Shown: piece after piece, positions 44,605-55,479 of the stretch
Position numbering within the stretch: position 1 is the stretch's first letter
Layout of the letters: each line of letters opens with the position of its first letter
Position numbers and translations under genes: made by a program
Notes under the pieces: model-generated
Told to the model about the DNA's origin: nothing
Seen by the model: only the letters and a program-made list of their open reading frames with translations
The model's database searches: none
Source of the DNA: Candidatus Eiseniibacteriota bacterium
Lineage (GTDB): Bacteria > Eisenbacteria > RBG-16-71-46
Direction of reading: 5' to 3'
DNA: 64,000 bases
NCBI GenBank assembly: GCA_038231135.1
Contig: JBBRLX010000011.1
Location: forward strand, 48,443 to 112,442

Positions 44605-45449
44605 GCGCCCCGGGACCGGCGCCGCTCGACGTGGCTGAGCGGAGCGCCCAGGACGCGGTGCGGGCGCTGCCCGTGCCCGCGGCCACGGCCGCATTCCGCG
44701 CGCGGCTCAAGCACGAGTTCGCGACCGGCGCCATCGAGCGGCCGCGCTCGCTCGCCACGGCGCCCGCGCGGGTGCTGGTGGGCCCGTGGGCCGCGCGGCC
44801 GCGCGCGTTCGCGATGGCCGCGGCCGCGGCGGCCATGATCGCCGCTCTGGTGTTCGTCGCGAATCGCGGGCCGGCCTGGCAGGTCGCCGCCGTCACGGGC
44901 GATGGCATCGCCGTGATCGACCAGCGCGGGATTCCGCTCGGGCACGCCGACGATCTCGCGGCGGCGCTCCACCCGGGGGCCCGGATCGAGCTGCCGGCGG
45001 ATGCGTCGCTCGAGCTGATGGCGCCCGGTGATCTTGCGATCGAGATCACGCCCGGCACCCGCATGATCCTGCCGCCCACCCCCGGCCGGTGGTTCCGCCG
45101 CGCGATCCGCACCGAACTCGGCACGGGCGAGCTGCGGATCACGACCGGCCCGCGGTTCCACGGCGCACGGCTCGCCATCGCCACGCCCGAGGTGCACGTC
45201 GAGGTGGTGGGCACCACGCTGGCCGTGATCCGGGAGCCGCAGGGCACCTGCGTGTGCGTGCTCGAGGGCCGGGTGCGGGTCGGGGCGATGACCGGACCCC
45301 GGCCGGGGCCGATGGTCCCGGTCGACGGCGGGCGGCGCCGGTACGTGTTCAACGATGGCCGGCCGCCGGAGATGGCGACGATGCGCGATACCGAGCACCT
45401 GCCGCTGGGCGCGCTCCGCCGCCAGTTCCGGGCCCACGTCGGCCCCTAG
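44601..45449 (+). CDS. Anti-sigma factor with a TM segment and FecR-like domain
   Basis: ATGA-coupled to the ECF sigma; single TM; ATPEVHVEVVGT...VLEGRVRV FecR motif. Confidence 0.8.
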   Translation: MSAPGPAPLDVAERSAQDAVRALPVPAATAAFRARLKHEFATGAIERPRSLATAPARVLVGPWAARPRAFAMAAAAAAMIAALVFVANRGPAWQVAAVTGDGIAVIDQRGIPLGHADDLAAALHPGARIELPADASLELMAPGDLAIEITPGTRMILPPTPGRWFRRAIRTELGTGELRITTGPRFHGARLAIATPEVHVEVVGTTLAVIREPQGTCVCVLEGRVRVGAMTGPRPGPMVPVDGGRRRYVFNDGRPPEMATMRDTEHLPLGALRRQFRAHVGP

Positions 45450-45457
45450 TGTGCAGC

Positions 45458-45487
45458 TTGACTTGGCAGCCTGCGAGCCACTAGGCT
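45458..45487 (+). promoter_or_regulatory. Sigma70 promoter of the rpmH operon
   Basis: TTGACT-18 bp-TAGGCT upstream of rpmH. Confidence 0.55.
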
Positions 45488-45531
45488 CCACCACTCTTCG
45501 TTCCAACTTCAATCCCACGAGGTAGTTCCCA

Positions 45532-45675
45532 ATGAAGCGCACGTTCCAACCCCGTAACCGGCATCGCAAGAAGACGCACGGCTTCCGGTCGCGGATGAAG
45601 ACCAAGGGCGGCCGGAATGTCATCTCGGCACGCCGCCGGCAGGGTCGCAAGCGGCTGACCGTTTCGTCCGCGTAG
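45532..45675 (+). CDS. rpmH: 50S ribosomal protein L34
   Basis: Manual translation [54 protein letters not shown]. Not in the ORF track. Confidence 0.98.
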   Translation: MKRTFQPRNRHRKKTHGFRSRMKTKGGRNVISARRRQGRKRLTVSSA

Positions 45676-45787
45676 CCGCGGCCGCTGCAACTTGCTGCTC
45701 ACGCTCCCCCGCCCGCTACCCGTCCGTGCGCGCCCGACCGGTGCGACACGATGGCGATTCCAGCCGTCCCCACCTCGCGAGGCGGTC

Positions 45788-46171
45788 ATGACTGCGCCGG
45801 TGCGCCGCTACGATTCCTCGCGGCGCGTGCGCACGTCCATCGAATATGCCCAGGTGAAGGCCGGCGCGTCGGCGTTCCGCGCGCCGCATTGCCTGCTGCT
45901 GGCGCTCGCGCAGGCCGGCCTGCCGACGCGGGTCGGATTCATCGCGAGCAAGAAGGGCGTGGGCGGCGCCGTACAGCGCAATCGCGCCCGTCGCCGGCTC
46001 CGCGAACTGGTCCGGGTGCGCTGGTCCAGGATCCCCGAGACCGGCTACTGGCTGGTGTTCATCGCCCATCGCAGCGCCGTGACCGCCCCTCACCAGGAAC
46101 TCGCGAGCTCGGTCGAACGGGTGCTGGCCGCGGCCGGCGCGCTCGCCCCGGTCGGCGAGACCGCATGCTGA
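45788..46171 (+). CDS. rnpA: Ribonuclease P protein component
   Basis: [26 protein letters not shown] (RNR motif); synteny with rpmH. Confidence 0.95.
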   Translation: MTAPVRRYDSSRRVRTSIEYAQVKAGASAFRAPHCLLLALAQAGLPTRVGFIASKKGVGGAVQRNRARRRLRELVRVRWSRIPETGYWLVFIAHRSAVTAPHQELASSVERVLAAAGALAPVGETAC

Positions 46172-46386
46172 AGCCCGCCGCCGTGCTGGCGCTCGCGCTG
46201 ATTCGCGGGTACCGCGCCGTGTTCGGCGCCCAGGCGCGCGGCGCCTGCCGGTTTCATCCGACGTGTTCCGCGTACGCGCTCGAGGCGATCGAACGCCACG
46301 GCGCCGCACGCGGCCTGCTGCTCACCCTGCGCCGCCTCGCCCGCTGCCATCCGCTGGGCGCGAGCGGCTTCGACCCGGTGCCCTGA
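46165..46386 (+). CDS. yidD: Membrane protein insertion efficiency factor
   Basis: [11 protein letters not shown]...RCHP...GFDPVP. Confidence 0.95.
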   Translation: MLKPAAVLALALIRGYRAVFGAQARGACRFHPTCSAYALEAIERHGAARGLLLTLRRLARCHPLGASGFDPVP

Positions 46387-48281
46387 TGGATAAGCTGGAC
46401 CGCAAATCGATCGTGGCGATCGCCCTGTGCATCGCCTTCGTGGTGGGATATCAGCCGCTGCTGCGGCTGCTGGGCTACGGCCGCTATCTCGACCCGCCGA
46501 AGCGCGGGGCCGTCGTCGATACGACCCGCGGCGCGATCCCGCCTGCGCCGTCGCTGTCGCAGTCGGCCAGTCCTGTGGCGCCCGCCGCAGCGCCCGGCGA
46601 TACCTCCGCGCGGGCTGCCGCGGGCCAGGCCGCGCCGCCCGCCACCGGCATCTTCCGCTCGGTCGCACCCGAGACCGAGCGCACGTTCGACCTCGATACG
46701 CCGTTATACCGGGCGCATTTCTCGAGCCGCGGGGCGCGGCTGTTGTCGGTCGAGTTCAAGCGCTACGCCTCGGCGCACGGAGTCTCGAGCCGCAACGGCA
46801 AGCCCGCCGTGTGGCACCGGGGCGAGGAGATCCCCTCCGGCGACCGCGTGACGCTCGCGGGCGGACCCTTGCTGGGCCTCGACCTGGGATCGGGGGCGGC
46901 CCGGCAGTCGCTCGAGAACGTGGTGTTCGCCTCGCAGGAGAGCACCGACGCTGCGGGCGTCGTGCGGGTGCTCACGTTCACGCACCGCGACGCCTCGGGG
47001 CTCTACGTGCGCCAGACGTTCCGCGCCGATCCCACGAAGTACGCGCTCGACTACGAGGTCGAGATGCGTGGCGTGCCCGCCGCGTGGCGGCTCACCGACT
47101 ATTCGCTGACGATGCGCTCGTGGCCGCTGTTGTCCGAGGGCGACCCACTCAGCGACCTGCGGGCGCTGCGGGCGTCGACGCTGGTCGGCACCAACATCCA
47201 TCGCGATCACGTCGGCGGTCTGCTCAAGAAGCCGAAGATCTATGACGGCAACGTGCAGTGGGCCGCGGTGCAGAGCCGATATTTCCTCGAGGCGGCGGCG
47301 GTCGTCCACGGCACCGCGCGGGGCGCGGCGTCGACCGCCGTCCGGCGGCCGCTCAGTGCGGACGAACTGGCGTCGTTGCCGGCGAACGCCCCGACCTCGC
47401 AGGACATCGCGGTGAACGATCTGGTCCTGGGGCTGCCGGGCGAGACGCAGCCGGTGAACCGGTTCGTGCTGTACGTGGGGCCCTGCGAGTTCTTCCCGCT
47501 GGCATCGCTCAAGGTGGGTCTCGAGCGCGCCGTCGACCTGGGCTGGACGTGGCTGCTGCCGTTCAGCAAGGCGCTGCTGTGGCTGCTCAACCGCATTTTC
47601 GACGTGGTGCGCAACTACGGCCTCGCGATCGTGCTGCTCGCCACGCTGGTGCGACTCGCGCTGCATCCGCTGAACGTGACGAGCATGAAGAGCATGCGCG
47701 CGATGCAGCGCCTGCAGCCCGAGCTCGACCGGCTGCGCAAGAAGCACAAGGACGATGCGGCGGCGATGAACACCGCGATGATGGCGCTCTACAAGGACAA
47801 CAAGGTGAATCCGGCCGGCGGCTGCCTGCCGCTGGTGATCCAGATGCCGATGTTCATCGCGCTCTACAACGTGCTGTTCAACGCCATCGAGCTGCGCCAG
47901 GCGCCGTTCATCGCCTGGATGCACGACCTGTCGGCCCCCGATCTGCTGTTCTCGGTGGGGCCGCTCCCGATCCGGTTGTTGCCAATCCTGATGGCGGGCA
48001 GCGGCTTCCTGCAGCAGCTGGTGACACCGACGGCGCCGGACCAGAAGCCCACGATGTACATGATGAACGCGGTGATGCTGTTCTTCTTCTATAACCTGCC
48101 CTCGGGACTCGTGCTGTACTGGACGGTCATGAACCTGCTCACCGCGCTGCAGCAATGGCACGTGATGCACCAGGACACGTCGCCGACCGTGGTGGTGGGG
48201 GGTGTCGCCGTGGGCGGGGCGTCCGCCGGGGGCGGGGCGCAGGCCAGAATCGCGCCGGGAAGCCGCAAGAAACTCCGTTGA
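46386..48281 (+). CDS. yidC: Membrane protein insertase
   Basis: NYGLAIV, SMRAMQRLQP, NPAGGCLP, ELRQAPF, PSGLVLYW. Confidence 0.97.
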   Translation: MDKLDRKSIVAIALCIAFVVGYQPLLRLLGYGRYLDPPKRGAVVDTTRGAIPPAPSLSQSASPVAPAAAPGDTSARAAAGQAAPPATGIFRSVAPETERTFDLDTPLYRAHFSSRGARLLSVEFKRYASAHGVSSRNGKPAVWHRGEEIPSGDRVTLAGGPLLGLDLGSGAARQSLENVVFASQESTDAAGVVRVLTFTHRDASGLYVRQTFRADPTKYALDYEVEMRGVPAAWRLTDYSLTMRSWPLLSEGDPLSDLRALRASTLVGTNIHRDHVGGLLKKPKIYDGNVQWAAVQSRYFLEAAAVVHGTARGAASTAVRRPLSADELASLPANAPTSQDIAVNDLVLGLPGETQPVNRFVLYVGPCEFFPLASLKVGLERAVDLGWTWLLPFSKALLWLLNRIFDVVRNYGLAIVLLATLVRLALHPLNVTSMKSMRAMQRLQPELDRLRKKHKDDAAAMNTAMMALYKDNKVNPAGGCLPLVIQMPMFIALYNVLFNAIELRQAPFIAWMHDLSAPDLLFSVGPLPIRLLPILMAGSGFLQQLVTPTAPDQKPTMYMMNAVMLFFFYNLPSGLVLYWTVMNLLTALQQWHVMHQDTSPTVVVGGVAVGGASAGGGAQARIAPGSRKKLR

Positions 48282-48632
48282 AGGTGGGGCCGTTCCGCTG
48301 CCGCCGGCGGATCGGTTCGAGGTGAATCGGCGGCAGATACGTGCCGCACGGGCTTCGGACGCCGCCGCCAGGACGGGGCCAAGGCGAGGTCCCCGGGTCC
48401 AGCACCCTGGATCCTGGCGTGGCCAAGATGGCCGCCGAGCGGGTAAGGTAGCGAGACGGCGACGCCGCGGGCTCCAGAGCCGACGCGGCGGCCGGGTGCC
48501 GGACCCACACGCGCAGCGCGCGAACGGTTCCGGTGGTCCTGCATGCGACTGATTCGCATGTTCCTCCATCGCGATACGCGGAGCACATCAAGGCTTGCAC
48601 GCTCCCATCGCAACTGTCTGAGAGGTTCCGGA

Positions 48633-50348
48633 ATGGCTACAGGGGTCGTATTCGAAGGCAAGACCCTCGACGATGCGGTTCGTAAGGGTCTCGAGGCGCT
48701 GGGTCTGTCCCGCGCCGAAGTATCGATCGCGGTGATGGAAGAGGGCTCCGGTGGATTCCTCGGGCTGGGTGCCCGGCCGTACAAGGTTCGCATCATGCCG
48801 CGTCCCGGCGGGCCTCCGTCGGAGCCGCCGGCCGAAGTCGAACGTTCGCGCAGCGGCGGCCGTGGCCGCGATCGCGAGCGCGGTGGACGCGATCGCGGTC
48901 GCGGTGGACGCGACGGCGGGCGGGAGCGCACCGGTGGCCGACCTGCGGCACCTGCCGGCCAGAGCGCCGGCGGCCGCCCCGTCGAGAACCGCGGCAACGA
49001 TTCCGGCCGCAGCGAGCCACGCGGAGACTCCCGGGGCCCGCGCGCCCCGCGTGAGGACCGTGGCCCGCGCGGCGATCGCCCGCGTGGCGACCGGGTTCCG
49101 CGCGAGGAGCCCGGCCGGGGTCCCCGCGAAGACCGTCCGATGTTCGACCGCGGACGCGAGGAGCCGATCCGGGGTCCCCGTCAGGACCGTCCGATGTTCG
49201 ATCGCGAGGAGCCGGCGCGCGCGGATCGCGGGCCGCGTCCCGATCGCGGACCCCGCGAGGACCGCCCGATGCGGGACGACCGTCCGGCACGCGACGACCG
49301 ACCGCCGCGCGACGACCGACCGCCGCGCGACGACCGTCCACCGCGCGACGACCGTCCACCGCGCGACGACCGTCCACCGCGCGACGACCGACCGCCGCGC
49401 GAGGACCGCGGTCGTGAAGACCGTGGGCCCCGCGAGGAGCGGGCGCCGCGCGAGGACCGTGGAGTGCGCGCCGAACGTGGGCCGCGGCCCGACGACACCC
49501 GCGGACGCGAGGTCCGCGAGCCGCGCCGCGACTTCGACGCCGACGCGGCGAACCCGGCCGATGCCGAGGCGATGGAGCCGATGATGACATCGCAGGACTC
49601 GGGCGGTCCCGGCCACGAGGCCCGTGGCGACGACGACAGTCGCCGCCGCCGTCGTCGCGGCGGGCGCGGCCGGCGCGGACGCGGTCGCGAGGACGGCGCT
49701 CCCGGCATCGGGGGCGAGCAGCAGGACGACGAAGCGATGACCGCCACGGCGACCGTGTCCACGCATCACGAGGAGGATCTCATCGAGGAACCCCGTTTCG
49801 CACAGGCGACCGCACGTCGCGAAGAGCCGTCGCACCATTCGGAGCAGGGCCCCGGGGTGCCGAACGAAGCGCTGGCGGAGGACGCCCGGGAGCTCACCGT
49901 CCGGGTGCTGCAGGCGATGGGGTTCGAGGCCACGGTCACCGCGACGGCGACGGATGATCGCGCCGACGTGTCGGTCAGCGTGCCCGAACACGACGAACTA
50001 CTCACCGGCCCCAAGGGCGAGGTGCGGCAGGCGCTTCAGCATCTGCTGAACCTCATGATCAACCGCGGCCATGCGTCGCGCTATCATCTGCAGCTCGAGG
50101 TCAACGACTTCTGGAAGAACCGCGAGGACGAGCTGGTGCAGCAGGCCCGGAGCCTCGCCGACGAGGCAGTCGCGAACGGCACCGAAGCGGTGACCGAATA
50201 CCTCAATTCGCAGGAGCGCCGGATCATTCACATGACGCTCAAGGAGGACGGGCGCGTGAAGACGTACGCGCTCGGCACCGGCCTCATCAAACGCGTGGCG
50301 GTGGCGCCCGCCGACTTCGACGGTGGTCCGCGCGACGACGACGAGTAG
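48633..50348 (+). CDS. jag: Jag/EloR (KhpB) RNA-binding protein with a very long Arg/Asp-rich linker
   Basis: Jag_N (GKTLDDAV, GGFLGLGARP), KH-like (LTGPKGE) and R3H (ERRIIH) domains; synteny. Confidence 0.92.
   Translation: MATGVVFEGKTLDDAVRKGLEALGLSRAEVSIAVMEEGSGGFLGLGARPYKVRIMPRPGGPPSEPPAEVERSRSGGRGRDRERGGRDRGRGGRDGGRERTGGRPAAPAGQSAGGRPVENRGNDSGRSEPRGDSRGPRAPREDRGPRGDRPRGDRVPREEPGRGPREDRPMFDRGREEPIRGPRQDRPMFDREEPARADRGPRPDRGPREDRPMRDDRPARDDRPPRDDRPPRDDRPPRDDRPPRDDRPPRDDRPPREDRGREDRGPREERAPREDRGVRAERGPRPDDTRGREVREPRRDFDADAANPADAEAMEPMMTSQDSGGPGHEARGDDDSRRRRRRGGRGRRGRGREDGAPGIGGEQQDDEAMTATATVSTHHEEDLIEEPRFAQATARREEPSHHSEQGPGVPNEALAEDARELTVRVLQAMGFEATVTATATDDRADVSVSVPEHDELLTGPKGEVRQALQHLLNLMINRGHASRYHLQLEVNDFWKNREDELVQQARSLADEAVANGTEAVTEYLNSQERRIIHMTLKEDGRVKTYALGTGLIKRVAVAPADFDGGPRDDDE
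49275..49408 (+). repeat. 18-bp tandem repeat encoding DDRPPR inside jag
   Basis: GACGACCG(A/T)CC(G/A)CCGCGC-like unit repeated about 6-7 times. Confidence 0.85.
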
Positions 50349-50460
50349 CCGGAGCGGCAGGGTTCGCATGCGGCGCCGGAGCTCGCGAGAGCGCCGGCGC
50401 CGCAATCGTATGGAACAGGATGGCACTCGACTCCGGGCATGACGCCCGGCGGGAGCGGAC

Positions 50461-51840
50461 GTGAACGACACCATTGCCGCGTTGTGCACCGCCCCCGGCG
50501 CCGCCGGGCTCGCGGTGCTGCGGGTGAGCGGGCCCGGCGCCGTGCGGGTGGCGGACGGCGTGTTTCGCGGCCCGGCGCCGCTCGCGGGCGTCGCATCGCA
50601 CACGCTGCACCACGGCTGGGCGTGGGCGAACGCGGAGCGGCTCGACGAGGTCGTGGCCGCCGTGTTCCTGGCGCCCCGTTCCTATACCGGCGAGGACGTG
50701 GTGGAGCTGTCGTGCCACGGCGGGCCGGTCTCCGCCACCCGGGTGTGCGAGGCGCTGCTGCGGTCGGGGGCGCGGCTCGCCGGGCCCGGCGAGTTCACGC
50801 TGCGGGCGTTCCTCCATGGGCGCATCGATCTCGCGCAGGCCGAGGCCGTGGCCGACGTGATCCATGCCGATTCGCGCGCGGCGCACGACCTGGCGCTGAC
50901 CCAGCTCGCGGGCGCGCTGTCGCGACGGCTCGCGGCGGTGTCGGACCGGTTGGCCGACGGGCTCGCCGAGGTGGAGGCGCGCGTGGACTTCGCCGAGGAC
51001 GTGGGCGGCGTCGAAGTGCCGCCATACGTGACGGCGATGATCGCGGACGTGGCCGCGGAACTCGACGCGCTGCTCGACGGCGCCGAGTGGGGACGCGCGT
51101 TGCGCGACGGCTTCCGGCTGCCGCTCGTGGGCCGGCCGAACGTCGGCAAGTCGTCGCTGTTCAACCTGCTGGTGGGCGAGGACCGGGCGATCGTGACGCC
51201 GGTCCCCGGCACCACGCGCGACCGGGTGAGCGAATCGGTCGAGATCGCCGGGGTTCGTGTGGCGCTGTCGGACACCGCCGGGCTGCGCGACGCCCGGGAC
51301 CCGGTCGAGACGATCGGCGTCGATCGCACGCGCGACATGCTGGAGCACAGCCCGGCCGTCATCTGGGTGGTCGACGGCGCGGTGCCGCTCGCGGCCGAGG
51401 ATCACGCGATCGCGGCGCTGCTCGACGGCAAGCAGGTGCTGGTCGCGCTCAACAAGCGAGACCTGGGCACGGCGGTCACCCCCGAGGACGCGCGCGGCCG
51501 GCTCCACGGCGAGCGGCCGCCGGTGGTGGTCGAGGTGTCGGCGACGCGCGGCGACGGGGCCACCGCCCTGCGCGCCGCCGTGGCGACGCTGATCGATGCC
51601 CGGGGGGGAGCGGCGCGTAATCGCGCGCCCGCGACATCGAACCCCCGGCACGTGGAGGCGCTCGATCGCGCCCGGGCTTCGCTGGGGCTGGCCGCGGCCG
51701 CCGCCGCCGCCGGCGAACCCGGCGAATGCGTGGCGTTCGAATTGCGCGAGAGCCTCGCCGCGATCGGCGAAGTCACCGGCCGGAACGTCGACGCCGAGGT
51801 GCTGGACCGCATCTTCGCGCGGTTCTGCATCGGGAAGTGA
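50461..51840 (+). CDS. mnmE: tRNA modification GTPase
   Basis: [44 protein letters not shown]-terminal FCIGK. Confidence 0.98.
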   Translation: MNDTIAALCTAPGAAGLAVLRVSGPGAVRVADGVFRGPAPLAGVASHTLHHGWAWANAERLDEVVAAVFLAPRSYTGEDVVELSCHGGPVSATRVCEALLRSGARLAGPGEFTLRAFLHGRIDLAQAEAVADVIHADSRAAHDLALTQLAGALSRRLAAVSDRLADGLAEVEARVDFAEDVGGVEVPPYVTAMIADVAAELDALLDGAEWGRALRDGFRLPLVGRPNVGKSSLFNLLVGEDRAIVTPVPGTTRDRVSESVEIAGVRVALSDTAGLRDARDPVETIGVDRTRDMLEHSPAVIWVVDGAVPLAAEDHAIAALLDGKQVLVALNKRDLGTAVTPEDARGRLHGERPPVVVEVSATRGDGATALRAAVATLIDARGGAARNRAPATSNPRHVEALDRARASLGLAAAAAAAGEPGECVAFELRESLAAIGEVTGRNVDAEVLDRIFARFCIGK

Positions 51841-51847
51841 TGGCGAG

Positions 51848-53884
51848 GTGACCGGGAACGCGCAGCCCGCCGGCGACTCCGGCGGCGACGCCCGCTTCGA
51901 TGTGGTGGTGGTGGGCGCGGGGCACGCGGGCTGCGAGGCCGCGTCGGCATGCGCCCGGCTCGGGCTCCACACCGCGCTGCTCACGGTGGAGCTGCACGAC
52001 ACGGCGAAGATGTCGTGCAATCCCGCGATCGGCGGCATCGCCAAGGGCCACATGGTGCGCGAGATCGATGCGCTCGGCGGCGTGATGGGGCTCGTCACCG
52101 ATCGCGCCGGCATCCAGTTTAAGATGCTGAACCGCGGCCGCGGGCCGGCGGTGTGGTCGCCCCGTGCGCAATGCGACAAGCCCCGCTACTCGCTCGAGAT
52201 GACGCGACAACTCGAGGCGATTCCCGGTCTCACGCGCGTCCAGGGGATCGCAAACCGGGTGCGGCTCGAGCGCGGCCGCACCGCGGGGATCGAGCTCGCC
52301 GACGGGCGGTTCCTCGCCTGCGCCGCCGCCGTCATCACGCCCGGGACGTTCCTCAACGGACTGATCCACATCGGCTCGCGGCAGATTCCGGGCGGCCGCA
52401 TCGGCGAGCACGCCGCGCGGGCGCTCAGCGAATGCCTCGCCGACCTCGGGCTCGAACGCGGCCGGCTCAAGACCGGCACGCCGCCGCGGCTGCATCGCGA
52501 TTCGATCGACTGGTCGCGACTCGAGCCCCAGCACGGGGACGATCCGCCGACGCCGTTCTCGCATTGGACGGGAACGCTCGAGCTGGACCAGGTGGCGTGC
52601 GGGCTCACGCACACGAACGCGCGCACCCACGCCGTGATCCGCGATCACCTCCACGAGTCACCCCTCTATTCGGGCGCGATCCGCGGCACCGGGCCGCGCT
52701 ACTGCCCGTCGATCGAGGACAAGGTGGTGAAGTTCCCCGAGCGCGAATCGCACCAGGTGTTCGTGGAGCCCGAAGGGCGCGACGTGCCGGAAGCGTACGT
52801 GAACGGGCTGTCGACCAGCCTGCCCGAAGCGGCGCAGCTCGAGTTCGTGAGGACGCTCGCCGGCCTCGAGCGCGCGGAGATGCTGCGGCCGGGGTACGCC
52901 GTCGAATACGATTTCGTGATGCCGCACCAGCTCGATGCCACGCTGCAGGTGAAGCGCGTGCCCGGGCTGTTCCTGGCGGGCCAGATCTGCGGCACGAGTG
53001 GCTATGAGGAGGCGGCCGGGCAGGGATTCATTGCCGGCGTCAACGCCGCGATGCAGGTGCTGCGCCGGCCGGCGTTCGTGCTGAGGCGCGATCAGGCGTA
53101 TCTGGGAGTGCTCGTGGACGACCTCGTCACCCGCGAGCACCGCGAGCCCTACCGGATGTTCACGTCGGCCGCCGAGCACCGGCTGGTGTTGCGCGCCGAC
53201 AACGCCGACGAGCGCCTGTGCGAGCTGGGACACGCGATCGGCCTGGTGACCGCGGAGCAACTCGATTCCGTGCGCACCAAGTACGCCGCGGTCGAAGCGG
53301 AGGCGCGCCGCTATTCACGGATGACGGTGCTGATGCCGGCGCCGGCGGTAGCGCGGGTGGCGGACGCCGCAGTCGCGGCGGCGCTCGCGTCGCATGGCGC
53401 GCTTGCGCCGGGCGCTGCGAGCGCGTCGCATGCTGCGCTTGCGCCGGCCGCCGCGCTCGCTTCGAATGCGGCGCTCGCGCCGGGATCTGCACCTGCGTCG
53501 GCCGGGCCCCGCTCGATGCGCGCGATCGACGTGCTCGCGCGCCCGGAGGGCTCGCTCGCGATGCTCGCCCAACTCGGCGCGCCCACCACGCTGCCCGCCG
53601 GGTGGCGGGAGAGCCTCGAGATTCGCGTGCGCTATCGCGGTTACATCGAGCGGCAGCAGCGCGCCGCGACCCGCGCGGCGGCGATGGATCACGTGCCGCT
53701 CGCGGCCCTGCTGTGGGACGACGCATTGCATGGCGTGTCGCGCGAGGCGGCCGAGAAGCTGAGGCGATGGCGGCCCGCCACCGTGGGTCAGGCGAGCCGC
53801 ATCGCTGGCGTGTCGCCCTCGGATGTCGCCGTGCTGCTCGTCCATGCGCGGCGGCTCGCGGAGCGCGTTACCGCCGTCTCATGA
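51848..53884 (+). CDS. mnmG: tRNA uridine-5-carboxymethylaminomethyl synthesis enzyme
   Basis: [48 protein letters not shown]. Carries an Ala-rich insertion. Confidence 0.97.
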   Translation: MTGNAQPAGDSGGDARFDVVVVGAGHAGCEAASACARLGLHTALLTVELHDTAKMSCNPAIGGIAKGHMVREIDALGGVMGLVTDRAGIQFKMLNRGRGPAVWSPRAQCDKPRYSLEMTRQLEAIPGLTRVQGIANRVRLERGRTAGIELADGRFLACAAAVITPGTFLNGLIHIGSRQIPGGRIGEHAARALSECLADLGLERGRLKTGTPPRLHRDSIDWSRLEPQHGDDPPTPFSHWTGTLELDQVACGLTHTNARTHAVIRDHLHESPLYSGAIRGTGPRYCPSIEDKVVKFPERESHQVFVEPEGRDVPEAYVNGLSTSLPEAAQLEFVRTLAGLERAEMLRPGYAVEYDFVMPHQLDATLQVKRVPGLFLAGQICGTSGYEEAAGQGFIAGVNAAMQVLRRPAFVLRRDQAYLGVLVDDLVTREHREPYRMFTSAAEHRLVLRADNADERLCELGHAIGLVTAEQLDSVRTKYAAVEAEARRYSRMTVLMPAPAVARVADAAVAAALASHGALAPGAASASHAALAPAAALASNAALAPGSAPASAGPRSMRAIDVLARPEGSLAMLAQLGAPTTLPAGWRESLEIRVRYRGYIERQQRAATRAAAMDHVPLAALLWDDALHGVSREAAEKLRRWRPATVGQASRIAGVSPSDVAVLLVHARRLAERVTAVS

Positions 53885-53917
53885 GCGCAGGCGATCCTCG
53901 CATGATAGGGTGCGGGC

Positions 53918-55459
53918 ATGTCCCCCTCCCGTCGCCCTGCCCCATCGCGCACCTCCAAACGACGTTCCGGATCCCAGGCTCCCCCCGCTGGCCGTTCCGG
54001 TCCGAGTGGGCGTGCCGGTTCCGGACCACGATCGTCCAAAGGACCCGCATCTCGCTGGAAAAATAGCAATTGGTCGCAATCGCCGGGTCGCCGTGGCCCG
54101 CCCGCGGTCGGCTCCGCATCGGACTCGAGCGCCGCGGGCGTAACCTCGAATCGTCCCGGCCGTCCGGGACGTGGCGGCGCTTCGGAAACCAAGCGCTTCC
54201 GGAGTTCCAGTTTGCGTTCGCCGGGTCCGGTGGCACCCGGCACCGAGGGCTCGGAGAGTTCTGCGCGATCCCGTGGGCCTGGCGCACGGACCAACAGCTC
54301 GCGCGGTCCGAGTTCGCGTGGTCCTGGCGCTCGCGGCACTACGGTCCGTGGACCTGGCGCACGCGGACCGGGCGCACGGGGAGCCAGCGCACGTGGACCG
54401 GGCGCACGAGGGCCCAGCGCACGAGGGCCCAGCGCACGTGGACCGGGCGCACGTGGACCGGGCGCACGAGGGCCCAGCGCACGCGGACCGGGTTCGCGAG
54501 GACCCAGCAGAGATCCAGTCGCGCGCGGGTTCCGCAGCGCCGGTGCTTCGGGCCGCACGGGCGGCGCCCCGCGCCCCCGCGGCCCGGGTGCGCGGGGTCC
54601 CGTTCGCGCCGGAAGTGCCGCGCCCGCTCGTGGTGCGGGTCCGCGCAGCGCCAGCGACACCGATCGGGCCCTGCCGAGTTCAAGTCGCGCAGGTGGTTCG
54701 CGACGCGGCCCCAAGAGCGGGCCCCGCACGCGGCGGTTGCCGCGCGGGTATGCGCACCTGCCGCGCGAGGAGCGCGCGCCGCGATTCCAGGCGTCCGTCA
54801 CCCGGATGATCGAGCGCCAGAACTGGGAAGAATTGGCGCCGTTCATCGCGGCCGCGGGCGCGGACCCCAAGCCGATGATCGACCGCCTTCGCCATTTCGC
54901 CACGCAGGTGCTCGAGTGGAATCGCGGTGTATCCAATCTGATTTCGCGCAAGGACGAAGATCGGATCGTCGCGCGCCATCTCCGCGAATCCGTCGAGGCG
55001 GCGGCCTGGCTCCAGGAGAGCGGTGCATCGAGATGGCTGGATTTCGGCTCAGGTGCTGGGTTTCCAGCGATTCCGCTCGCCCTGCTCGGCGTCGGAACGA
55101 GTTGGATTCTCGTCGAATCGCGCCGGCCGAAGACGCTGTTCATGCGCAAGGCGCTGCAGGATCTCGAGACCACGGGTATCGAGGTCTTCCACGGGCGGCT
55201 TGAGCAGCTCCGCCATGAACAACCCGAGTTCGGCACCGTGGACGCGTTTACATCGCGAGCGACGATGCGGATGGCCCCCACGCTGGCGCTTGCCGGCGAG
55301 TACGTGAGAGTAGGCGGGACCGCATTCCTCTGGAAGGGAAGCCGGCGGGACGAGGAGCTGGAGGAGCCGTCCGATTGGACGGAGCAATGGAAGTTCGAGG
55401 AGGCACGAACCATTGGCGTCGAGAACACCGCGATCGCCAAGTTCATCAAGGTGAAATAG
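53918..55459 (+). CDS. rsmG: 16S rRNA m7G527 methyltransferase with a long N-terminal Arg/Gly/Pro/Ser-rich extension
   Basis: C-terminal NLIS, RHLRES, DFGSGAGFPAIPL, VESRRPK, SRA, LWKG. The start is uncertain. Confidence 0.9.
   Translation: MSPSRRPAPSRTSKRRSGSQAPPAGRSGPSGRAGSGPRSSKGPASRWKNSNWSQSPGRRGPPAVGSASDSSAAGVTSNRPGRPGRGGASETKRFRSSSLRSPGPVAPGTEGSESSARSRGPGARTNSSRGPSSRGPGARGTTVRGPGARGPGARGASARGPGARGPSARGPSARGPGARGPGARGPSARGPGSRGPSRDPVARGFRSAGASGRTGGAPRPRGPGARGPVRAGSAAPARGAGPRSASDTDRALPSSSRAGGSRRGPKSGPRTRRLPRGYAHLPREERAPRFQASVTRMIERQNWEELAPFIAAAGADPKPMIDRLRHFATQVLEWNRGVSNLISRKDEDRIVARHLRESVEAAAWLQESGASRWLDFGSGAGFPAIPLALLGVGTSWILVESRRPKTLFMRKALQDLETTGIEVFHGRLEQLRHEQPEFGTVDAFTSRATMRMAPTLALAGEYVRVGGTAFLWKGSRRDEELEEPSDWTEQWKFEEARTIGVENTAIAKFIKVK
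54300..54510 (+). repeat. 15-bp tandem repeat encoding RGP(G/S)A in the RsmG extension
   Basis: GGACCGGGCGCACG(T/A/G) and GGCCCAGCGCACG(T/A) units, about a dozen copies. Confidence 0.85.
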
Positions 55460-55479
55460 ATCCACTGTTACGCGGGCAG

